Positions 49,127 to 57,071 of a stretch of 64,000 nucleotides of DNA are shown in pieces. The notes under the pieces were generated by a model. That model worked only from the letters and a program-made list of their open reading frames with translations, was not told the DNA's origin and did not search any database. Source of the stretch: an uncultured bacterium (GTDB lineage Bacteria > SAR324 > NAC60-12); NCBI GenBank assembly GCA_965662235.1, contig CBFIGY010000016.1, forward strand, positions 8,782 through 72,781, given 5' to 3'. Both the position numbers and the translations under genes were made by a program. The stretch's first letter is position 1. The number at the start of each line of letters is the position of its first letter.

Positions 49127-50146
49127 ATGCAAGCTCAACTTGATGCCCTGCACCAGCAGGCCCTCGACGAACTCCGTGCCCTTGAAACCGCTGACGCCCT
49201 CCCCGAGTGGTACCGGACCTACCTGGGAAGAAAGGGGAAGATGACGGAGGTCCTCAAGGGGTTGGGCGCACTGAGCGCTGAGGAACGTCCTCAGATGGGA
49301 AAGCTCGTCAACGAGGTCAAGGAAGCGCTGCAGCAGGCCTTTGACTCGCGTCAGGAGGAGCTCCGGCAGGCCAAGCTGCAGCAGGAAATTGCCGCAGACG
49401 CTATCGACGTCACCCTTCCGGGACGCAAGGTGCAGTCCGGGCACATCCACCTGACCAATCAGGTCCTCCGGAAGATCTATGGCATCTTTGGCGAGATGGG
49501 CTTTCAGGTTTATGAGGCGCCTGAGGTGGAAACCGATGAGCTGAACTTCCAGATGCTCAACATCCCGGAATACCACCCGGCGCGGGACATGTGGGATACG
49601 TTTTGGGTCAACGACGAGGTGGTGCTTCGGACCCACACCTCTCCGGGACAGATCCGGGCGATGCGGGAGTCGTATCCGAACCCCATCCGCGTCATTCTGC
49701 CAGGGAAGTGCTACCGCTATGAGCAGATCACTCCCCGTTCGGAGCATCAGTTTTATCAGGTGGAAGGACTGGCAGTGGGAAAGAACATCCGGATGACGGA
49801 CCTGATTGGCGTCATGCAGGAGTTTGCCAAGAAGATGTATGGGCAGGAGCGGCAGATCCGTATCCGGGGCAGCTACTTCCCCTTCACGGAACCGAGCGTG
49901 GAGGTGGACATGAGCTGTACCTGTGACTTTGCCGGGTGCCGGCTCTGTAAGTACACGGGTTGGCTGGAAATTGCTGGGGCGGGCATGGTGCACCCCGTGG
50001 TCCTCCGAAACGGCGGCTACGATCCGGAGGAGTGGACGGGCTTTGCCTTTGGCATGGGCGTGGAGCGTCCGGCCCTGCTCAAGCATGGCATTCAGGACAT
50101 CCGTTACTTCTACAGCAACGACCTCCGCTTCCTCCGCCAGTTCTGA
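49127..50146 (+). CDS. pheS: Phenylalanine-tRNA ligase alpha subunit
   Basis: HPARDMWDTF, LRTHTSPGQIR, SYFPFTEPS, GFAFGMGVER, NDLRFLRQF. Confidence 0.97.
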   Translation: MQAQLDALHQQALDELRALETADALPEWYRTYLGRKGKMTEVLKGLGALSAEERPQMGKLVNEVKEALQQAFDSRQEELRQAKLQQEIAADAIDVTLPGRKVQSGHIHLTNQVLRKIYGIFGEMGFQVYEAPEVETDELNFQMLNIPEYHPARDMWDTFWVNDEVVLRTHTSPGQIRAMRESYPNPIRVILPGKCYRYEQITPRSEHQFYQVEGLAVGKNIRMTDLIGVMQEFAKKMYGQERQIRIRGSYFPFTEPSVEVDMSCTCDFAGCRLCKYTGWLEIAGAGMVHPVVLRNGGYDPEEWTGFAFGMGVERPALLKHGIQDIRYFYSNDLRFLRQF

Positions 50147-50149
50147 GCC

Positions 50150-50593
50150 CTAAAGGGTTTCGACAAACGTGACAATCTGCCAGCGCTCTTCTTCACTGAG
50201 CATTTCCTTGAACGGGGGCATCGCGCTTTTTTGCGTGAGGGCGCCCTCGGAAACGCGCCAGTAGAGGAACGTGGCGTCGACCATGGGCATCTGAACCGCC
50301 CGGGCCAGGTTGGCCGGGCTCGGCTGAAGAGACGCTGCGACAGGACCATCTCCTTGTCCGGACGCCCCATGGCAGGAGGCACAGTTGGTCTGATATAGCT
50401 CGGCGCCCCGACGGAGCGTCGCCTCATCAGCCACCAGAGGATTGCGCAACGTCGCGTAGGCGTCCGGGACGCTGTGCGAGGTCATCATGTGCCGCATGAT
50501 CTGTCCGGGACGGGGCAACCAGCCTGTCGTCCAGCCCCAACCGGCGACCCCAATCATGATCCCCAACGCGATTCCTGCCATTTTGATTCCCAT
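50150..50593 (-). CDS. Membrane-anchored monoheme c-type cytochrome
   Basis: N-terminal TM, CASCHG, SAMPPF..LSEEERW. Confidence 0.9.
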   Translation of the reverse strand: MGIKMAGIALGIMIGVAGWGWTTGWLPRPGQIMRHMMTSHSVPDAYATLRNPLVADEATLRRGAELYQTNCASCHGASGQGDGPVAASLQPSPANLARAVQMPMVDATFLYWRVSEGALTQKSAMPPFKEMLSEEERWQIVTFVETL

Positions 50594-50605
50594 AGACGAA
50601 CAACC

Positions 50606-51094
50606 TTACTGATCGGGCATCATCGAATGCCGCAGTTGAATTTCTTGAGGCCACAGCGATTTGAGGTACTGAATCACACTGACGATTTCCTCGTCGGTGA
50701 GACGGCCTTCAAAGCCCTTCATCGGGGAATCCTTGGCAGGGGAATCCTTGGCAATGGAGCCGTGCTTCACCGTGTTGAAGAGCATGGTGTTGGGGTGATG
50801 CCACATGTGTCCGGTGCCATTGAGGGCCGGAGCAAGGTAAACCCCGTTGTCCTTGACACCTCCTTTGGGAGAGCGTGGGTTTTCTCCCACCCCCTCGTCT
50901 CCGTGACAGGAGGCACAGTTCTGCGCAAAGAGTTCCTTACCCTGCGCAATTTGGGCAGATGTGGGTGGCTTCGTCAAGGCTGCTTGTGCCGAGGAGGCCC
51001 CGTTAAAGAAGTAAAACCCGCCTGCTAGGACTAGGGGCAGGAGGACCAGTCCCCACATCAGCGGGGACTCTTTGCGTTTTTTCGCTTGGGTCAT
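50606..51094 (-). CDS. Membrane-anchored monoheme c-type cytochrome
   Basis: TM, CASCHG, APALNGTGHMWHHP, MKGF..LTDEEI. Confidence 0.9.
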   Translation of the reverse strand: MTQAKKRKESPLMWGLVLLPLVLAGGFYFFNGASSAQAALTKPPTSAQIAQGKELFAQNCASCHGDEGVGENPRSPKGGVKDNGVYLAPALNGTGHMWHHPNTMLFNTVKHGSIAKDSPAKDSPMKGFEGRLTDEEIVSVIQYLKSLWPQEIQLRHSMMPDQ

Positions 51095-51151
51095 AAGGCT
51101 CTGTTGATGAGTTGAACGATCGAAGAAATCACAAACAATCGACCGGACGGC

Positions 51152-51472
51152 TCATAGCAGCAGCACACGGGTTCTGAGGAAGAGGGGCGGCACCGCCGGG
51201 TCGGGCGCCTGAGGAGGCAGGAAGGCGGACACAGGACGTGACCCAGGCACCCGGTGAGTCAGTCGCACTGGAGTGGGAGCTTTGCTCTTGCTCAGCGCCA
51301 AGGACGGTCCCGGAAGTGGCGTTTGCGAAAGCAGGCAGTCCTGATGCTGCCACTGCAGGCACCCGCGCATGGGGCAGTCGTGGGGTGAGCGCTCCTGTGC
51401 CTGCGCCGAGCCCGAGGCTCCCAAGGCGGCAAGCACCAGCAGCCAACCGATGAGGTGAAGAGACAAACGCAT
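51152..51472 (-). CDS. Small exported Cys/Pro-rich protein (leader-like)
   Basis: Signal peptide MRLSLHLIGWLLVLAALGASGSAQA, HDCPMRGC..HQDC, C-terminal PPQAPDPAVPPLFLRTRVLLL. Confidence 0.6.
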   Translation of the reverse strand: MRLSLHLIGWLLVLAALGASGSAQAQERSPHDCPMRGCLQWQHQDCLLSQTPLPGPSLALSKSKAPTPVRLTHRVPGSRPVSAFLPPQAPDPAVPPLFLRTRVLLL

Positions 51473-51511
51473 CAAGCCTGTTCCGGAAGAAAACTTCATC
51501 ACTGACCCAGT

Positions 51512-51540
51512 AAAGTATACCCTAGTGGGGTATCCGTCAA
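51512..51540 (-). promoter_or_regulatory. Sigma70-type promoter with embedded CsoR/RcnR-family operator (51517-51533)
   Basis: Minus strand TTGACG-N17-TACTTT (or N15-TATACT); the spacer holds the pseudo-palindrome ATACCC-TAGTG-GGGTAT. Confidence 0.7.
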
Positions 51541-51603
51541 GGAGCGTGAGCAAACCTGCGGCACGCCTTATCTCAGCAACCTGATCTTTTTGGAGGTTCC
51601 CTC

Positions 51604-52953
51604 ATGACATCTGCTTCCCGACCCTGGCTTCCGGAAGCCGCACAGGCTTTTTGGGAGAAAGAAACCCGCACCCTCGCCGGGCGCTCCAGTGAGGAATTGG
51701 AGCGGCGCCTGCTCCGACTGGTAGAGGGCAACCGCGAGTTGCACGATCAGCAGTGTGTCAACCTAGACCCGGCGACCAACACCATGAACCCTCGTGCCGA
51801 GGCGTTGCTTGCCAGTGGGTTGGGGTCTCGGCCGTCGCTGGGGTATCCCGGAGACAAGTATGAGACCGGTCTGGAGGCAATTGAAAAGATTGAGGTTCTG
51901 GCACATCAGCTGGTCTCAGAGGTCTTCCGGAGTCCCTTTGCGGAGCTACGGGTTGCTTCGGGGGCCATGGCCAACCTCTATGCGTTCATGGCCACCACTC
52001 AGCCGGGAGATTCCGTGCTGGTGCCTCCTCCGGAAATTGGAGGACACGTCACCCATCAATCCGCTGGCGCAGCAGGACTTTATGGACTGACGATTCATCC
52101 GGCGCCCATTGACGCGGAGCGCTACACCGTGGACCTAGATGCCCTCCGGGAGCAGGTCCACGCGCAACGGCCTCGGCTGATCACAATTGGGGGAAGCCTC
52201 AACCTGACGCATCATCCGGTGGCGGCGCTCCGGGAGATTGCAGACGAGGTGGGGGCGTGGCTGCTGTTTGATGCGGCGCACCTCTGTGGGATGATCGCCG
52301 GCGGTGCTTGGCCAAATCCCTTGGAAGAGGGCGCGCACCTGATGACCTTCAGTACCTACAAAAGCCTGGGAGGCCCTCCTTCCGGAGTGGTGCTGACGCA
52401 GGAAGCCGAACTGGCAGAGCGGCTGGAGGCCATTGCGTTTCCTGGATTGACGGCGAACCATGACGCCGGAAAGGTGGCCGCTTTGGCAATGACCCTGCTG
52501 GACTGGCGGGAGCACGGTGCCGCTTACGCGACGCAGATGAAGGAGACCGCCTGGGCCCTCGCAGAGGCTTTGGCGCAACAGGGTCTTCCGGTGCATCGAG
52601 CCGGTGGCACCTGGACCGTGTCTCATCAGCTGGCTCTGCAGGCAGCCCGTTGGGGAGGAGGACAAGCCCTGGCCCGGCACCTCCGTCAGGCCAATCTGCT
52701 GACCTGCGGCATTGGGTTGCCGATTGCACCCGTTTCCGGTGATCTGAATGGCTTGCGGCTGGGAACGCCTGAAATGGTCCGCTGGGGCCTGACCCCGGCA
52801 GAGGCTCCGGAGCTGGCAGCGTTCTTTGAGCGCTTGCTGGTGCACGAAGAGGCTCCGGCTGCTGTGGCGCCCGAGGTGTCACGGTTTCGGCAGCGTTTCA
52901 CGGAGCTTCAGTTCATCCGTCCAGCGCAATCAAGCGCTGAGGTCGGAAACTAA
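51604..52953 (+). CDS. SHMT-family PLP enzyme, alpha-methylserine aldolase-like
   Basis: RPSLGYPGDKYE, SGAMAN, GGH, FDAAH, STYKSLGGP (PLP Lys), GLRLGTPE; RBS GGAGG. Confidence 0.8.
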   Translation: MTSASRPWLPEAAQAFWEKETRTLAGRSSEELERRLLRLVEGNRELHDQQCVNLDPATNTMNPRAEALLASGLGSRPSLGYPGDKYETGLEAIEKIEVLAHQLVSEVFRSPFAELRVASGAMANLYAFMATTQPGDSVLVPPPEIGGHVTHQSAGAAGLYGLTIHPAPIDAERYTVDLDALREQVHAQRPRLITIGGSLNLTHHPVAALREIADEVGAWLLFDAAHLCGMIAGGAWPNPLEEGAHLMTFSTYKSLGGPPSGVVLTQEAELAERLEAIAFPGLTANHDAGKVAALAMTLLDWREHGAAYATQMKETAWALAEALAQQGLPVHRAGGTWTVSHQLALQAARWGGGQALARHLRQANLLTCGIGLPIAPVSGDLNGLRLGTPEMVRWGLTPAEAPELAAFFERLLVHEEAPAAVAPEVSRFRQRFTELQFIRPAQSSAEVGN

Positions 52954-53056
52954 AGTTGATTCTGCAAGAGTGTTTCATTAGGATCCCTCCAGCCGCTCCG
53001 GGAGCCCCTTGCTTCCGGGTTGCGGAGACCTCTTCACTCCTGACTCAACCGCCTCC

Positions 53057-53980
53057 ATGTCCACTGCAAGCCATCTGACTGCTCCCCGTGGCGTCATCCC
53101 ACCGATGATCACGCCTCTTCAAGATCCTGACACCCTCGACGTTGCGGGCACGGCGCGGCTGGTCGAACGCATCCTCGCCGGCGGGGTGCACGGACTCTTT
53201 CTGCTCGGGTCCACAGGAGAAGGCCCCGCGCTTTCCTATGAACTCCGGAAGCAACTTGTGCAGGTGGTCTGTGAGCAGGTCAACGGCCGTGTGCCGGTGT
53301 TGGTGGGGATCACGGACTCGGTGTTTGAAGAGTCGGTCAAGATGGCGCAGTTTGCTCAGCAAGCGGGAGCCCGCTTTGTGGTGGCCTCAACTCCATACTA
53401 CTTTCCCCTGTTTCAGCCGGAGCTGGTCCGTTGGATGACGGAACTGGCAGAGGCCTCTCCGCTGCCGGTGCTGCTGTACAACATGCCCGGCATGACCAAG
53501 GTTTCATTTTCGGTGGAAAGCGTCCGGACGCTGGCCGAGCATCCGAACATCGTCGGCATCAAGGACAGCTCCGGAGACCTAGGTTTCTTCCACCAGCTGC
53601 TCCGCGCGGTGCAGGAGGTGCCAGACTTCCCGGTGATTGCAGGTCCGGAAGAGCTGCTTGCCGAGACGGTGCTGCTTGGGGGCGGAGGAGGGGTTCCCGG
53701 AGGCGCCAACCTGTTTCCCAAGCTGTACGTGGACCTCTATGAGGCTGCTTGCCAAGACGACCTAGAAACCGTCCGGCGTTTGCAGAAGCAGGTCATTGAG
53801 ATTGAAGCGACCCTGTACGTTCATGGCGCCTACGGCTCCGGAGTGACCCAGGGACTGAAGTGTGTTGCGGAGGCTCAGGGGCTCTGTGGTGGCGCCCTCT
53901 GCCGACCGTTTCAACCGCTGGGGGGAACCGTCCGCGACGGCATCCTGGCACGTATGCAGGAGTGGAACGCTCTGGAGTAA
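53057..53980 (+). CDS. Dihydrodipicolinate synthase/N-acetylneuraminate lyase family aldolase
   Basis: LGSTGE, PYY, LYNMP, GIKDSSGD. Confidence 0.9.
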   Translation: MSTASHLTAPRGVIPPMITPLQDPDTLDVAGTARLVERILAGGVHGLFLLGSTGEGPALSYELRKQLVQVVCEQVNGRVPVLVGITDSVFEESVKMAQFAQQAGARFVVASTPYYFPLFQPELVRWMTELAEASPLPVLLYNMPGMTKVSFSVESVRTLAEHPNIVGIKDSSGDLGFFHQLLRAVQEVPDFPVIAGPEELLAETVLLGGGGGVPGGANLFPKLYVDLYEAACQDDLETVRRLQKQVIEIEATLYVHGAYGSGVTQGLKCVAEAQGLCGGALCRPFQPLGGTVRDGILARMQEWNALE

Positions 53981-54225
53981 CCGCCGTCGCCCTAGCGGTT
54001 GGAAACCCCGTGGCCTCCCGGATCAAGGGCAGCAAAACGCGGACTTTTGGTTCATAAAACCCGTAAAAACCTGCTGCCTGGTCGCCTCAATTGGGAGTCA
54101 AAAGCGTGTTGATTGGGCACGTTTCTCTTGCGAATATCTGATCATCCACTACCCTTTGCGCCTTCAGTCACCCGGATGGACCGGGTGGCAGGCACTTGTT
54201 ACATCCCCTCACATGGAGTCAACTC

Positions 54226-55227
54226 ATGAAGCCTCTTTCTCGCCGTTCCATGCTTTCCGCGCTGACGGTGGCCTGTGTTGCGGCAGGAACTCTGTTGACG
54301 AGTTCCTCGGCCTGGGCCAACAAAATCACGCTGCGGATGTCCACACCGGCCACGGAAACCGATATCCGGTGCCAAGGGCTGCAAAATGTCTTTGCTGCTA
54401 AAGTCAGCAGCTTTGCCGATTATCAACCGCACTACAACGCCACCCTGTTCAAGCAGAACACGGAGTTGACCGCTATCGCCCGGGGCAACCTGGAGATGTC
54501 CATCACTTCGGCACAGGAACTCGCCAAGTTAATTCCGGAGTGGTCGGTGTTTACATCCGGCTACCTGCTGCGCGATGCAGACCACCAGCAAAAGGTCTTT
54601 AACAGCGACGTGGGGCAGGAGTTTTACAAAATGGCAGAAGACAAGCTGGGCATTAAGCTGCTCGGCGTCATGTACTTTGGCAAGCGGCACCTGAACCTGC
54701 GGACGGAGAACAAGGTGATGACGCCCGCGGACATGGCCGGCATCAAGCTCCGCATGCCCGGAACCGATGCTTGGCAGTTCCTTGGGAAAGCCCTGGGCGC
54801 GAACCCGACTCCGATGGCCTTCACTGAGGTGTACACCGGCCTGCAGACGGGCGCCATTGACGGACAGGACAACCCTCTGCCCACGGACAAGGACAAGAAG
54901 TTCCATGAGGTGACCAAGCAGATCATCCTCACCGGGCACCTGGCAGACATGAACTTCCTCGCCCTGAGCAAGAAGGTGTGGGACGGCCTGACCCCGGCGC
55001 AGCAGCGTCAGATGCAGGACGCCGCTGATGATGCAATGCAGGTCATCAGCATCAACGTTGAGTCTCAGGAAGCCCTGCTGGAAGACTTCTTCCGGAATGA
55101 AGGCCTGCAGGTGTACACCCCGAATGTGGACGCCTTCCGCTCTCGTGTTCAGAAGATGTACCTGGAGTCCGAGTTCTCTCAAGACTGGCCTGCAGGCGTT
55201 GTGGAGCGAGTCAACGCGATTCGCTGA
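54226..55227 (+). CDS. dctP: TRAP transporter substrate-binding protein (DctP family)
   Basis: KLRMP, LGANPTPM..EVYTGLQTGAIDGQDNP; Tat-like SRRSML signal. Confidence 0.93.
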   Translation: MKPLSRRSMLSALTVACVAAGTLLTSSSAWANKITLRMSTPATETDIRCQGLQNVFAAKVSSFADYQPHYNATLFKQNTELTAIARGNLEMSITSAQELAKLIPEWSVFTSGYLLRDADHQQKVFNSDVGQEFYKMAEDKLGIKLLGVMYFGKRHLNLRTENKVMTPADMAGIKLRMPGTDAWQFLGKALGANPTPMAFTEVYTGLQTGAIDGQDNPLPTDKDKKFHEVTKQIILTGHLADMNFLALSKKVWDGLTPAQQRQMQDAADDAMQVISINVESQEALLEDFFRNEGLQVYTPNVDAFRSRVQKMYLESEFSQDWPAGVVERVNAIR

Positions 55228-55239
55228 TCGATCCGGCTG

Positions 55240-55737
55240 ATGGCTATTCTGCGTTGGTTCAAGGCAGGAGCCGAGTTCGTGGCGGTCCTTCTTCTGGCCG
55301 CCATGTTCTCGTTCTTCCTCCTCCAAATCTTCACCCGCTACGTCCTCAACGAGCCGCTGAGCTGGACCCTCGAAGCCTGCCTGATCACCTGGCTGTGGAC
55401 GGTGTTCTGGGGATGCGGCCTGTTGCTGCGGGACTCCGATCACGTCCGGTTTGACATCCTCTACCTTGGCGCCTCCAACCGGCTGCGTCGGGGCTTTGCC
55501 TTCCTTTCCGCCACGGCGATCATCGTCGCGTTCCTCACCACCGCTCCCGCCACCTACGATTACATCTCCTTCATGAAGATTGAGCGGAGCTCGTCGCTGA
55601 AGATCCGGCTGGATCACATTTTCAGCATCTACCTCCTCTTCATGGCAGGGGCCGTGGTGTCCTACGGAATCCGGGTCATCCGCATTCTGAAGACCCCAGA
55701 GTTTGAGGATCGGTCTCCGGCAGAGGGGACGGAATGA
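55240..55737 (+). CDS. dctQ: TRAP transporter small permease
   Basis: QIFTRYVLN..WTLE, HVRFD, 4 TM. Confidence 0.9.
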   Translation: MAILRWFKAGAEFVAVLLLAAMFSFFLLQIFTRYVLNEPLSWTLEACLITWLWTVFWGCGLLLRDSDHVRFDILYLGASNRLRRGFAFLSATAIIVAFLTTAPATYDYISFMKIERSSSLKIRLDHIFSIYLLFMAGAVVSYGIRVIRILKTPEFEDRSPAEGTE

Positions 55738-57029
55738 GTGAAGCGTTTCTGTACTGCATTGCCGCCATCTTTGGTCTGGCGGCGCTGGGAACTCCCATTG
55801 CCTACTCCATTCTGGTCGGAGCAATCATCTACCTCGGGACCAAGGGGCAGGACCTGGCGTTGGCAGCCGAGCAGATCATTCAGGGGCTCTTTGAAAGCTT
55901 TGTGCTGCTGGCGGTGCCGCTGTTCATCGTAGCCGCCAACATCATGAACGCCGGGACCATTTCCGACCGGCTTCTCAACTTCTGTGTGGCTCTGGTGGGG
56001 CGCTTCAAGGGGGGGCTGGGGCATGTGAACGTTGTGGCGAGCCTGATCTTTTCCGGGATGTCCGGGTCTGCCATTGCGGATGCCGCCGGGATTGGCAAGG
56101 TCATCATTGAGATGATGACCCGCAACAACCGCTACACCCCCGGTTTTGCCGCCGCCATCACAGCGGCTTCGGCGACCATTGGTCCGATCATTCCCCCCTC
56201 CATCCCAATGGTCCTCTATGCGCTGGTGTCCGACAGCTCCATCGGTTACCTCTTCCTAGGGGGCATCACGCCGGGACTGCTGATGGGCGCGGTTTTGATG
56301 GCAATGGTTTCTTACAAGGCGAAGGTCCATCACTTTGAGTCAGAAGCTCCGGTGCCGCTGAGGGAGATGCCGCGGTTGACCCTAAGGGCATTTCCGGCGC
56401 TGATGCTGCCCGTCATTCTGCTCTTTGGCATTTACGGCGGGGCAACGACTCCAACCGAAGCCGCGGCGGTTGCTGCCGCGTATGCGTTGATCCTGGCCGC
56501 ATTCTTCTACCGTTCCCTCAGCTGGAAGGGCCTGTACTCGATTCTTCTGGAAAGCTCCCGTTCCTCTGCGGCTGTGGGATTGGTGATTGGCGGGGCGCTG
56601 ATCCTGAACTACATTGTGGCCAGCGAGAACATCCCGAATCAGCTGGCGGGCTCGTTGCAAAACGTGGACGTGTCGCCCCTGATGTTCATGGTGGGGGTGA
56701 ACGTGTTGCTGCTGCTGCTGGGCTGCGTGCTGGACGCAACGACCCTGATCCTGGTGGTCATCCCGCTCTTCATCCCTTCCTGTCGGGCGCTGGGCATTGA
56801 CCTGGTTCACTTCGGGGTGGTCGTGGTCGTCAACTCAATGATCGGCCTCATCACTCCCCCCTACGGCATCCTGCTGTTTGTCATCAACGCGACCACAGGC
56901 ATCACCTTGCAGAGCATCATCCGAGAGGTGCTGCCCTTCCTGGCGGTGCTGCTGGGCGCGTTGGCTGTCATTGTCTTGTTTCCGGAAGTGGTTCTGTGGC
57001 TGCCGCGCCTGGTGGGGTATCACGGCTGA
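55734..57029 (+). CDS. dctM: TRAP transporter large permease
   Basis: LLAVPLF, SGSAIAD, IIPPSIP, TPTEAA, GLITPPYG. Confidence 0.95.
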   Translation: MSEAFLYCIAAIFGLAALGTPIAYSILVGAIIYLGTKGQDLALAAEQIIQGLFESFVLLAVPLFIVAANIMNAGTISDRLLNFCVALVGRFKGGLGHVNVVASLIFSGMSGSAIADAAGIGKVIIEMMTRNNRYTPGFAAAITAASATIGPIIPPSIPMVLYALVSDSSIGYLFLGGITPGLLMGAVLMAMVSYKAKVHHFESEAPVPLREMPRLTLRAFPALMLPVILLFGIYGGATTPTEAAAVAAAYALILAAFFYRSLSWKGLYSILLESSRSSAAVGLVIGGALILNYIVASENIPNQLAGSLQNVDVSPLMFMVGVNVLLLLLGCVLDATTLILVVIPLFIPSCRALGIDLVHFGVVVVVNSMIGLITPPYGILLFVINATTGITLQSIIREVLPFLAVLLGALAVIVLFPEVVLWLPRLVGYHG

Positions 57030-57071
57030 AGGGCTCCTCACGTGCTTCGCCCTAGGGGCGAGCGTCGCTGC

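Noticed and set aside
50724..50753. Duplicated 15-bp unit (AKDSP x2) in the cytochrome c gene
   Set aside because: A single in-frame duplication in a loop; trivial slippage.
54115..54133. GGCACG...TTGC sigma54-like site upstream of the TRAP operon
   Set aside because: GG-to-GC spacing is 12 nt rather than the required 10.
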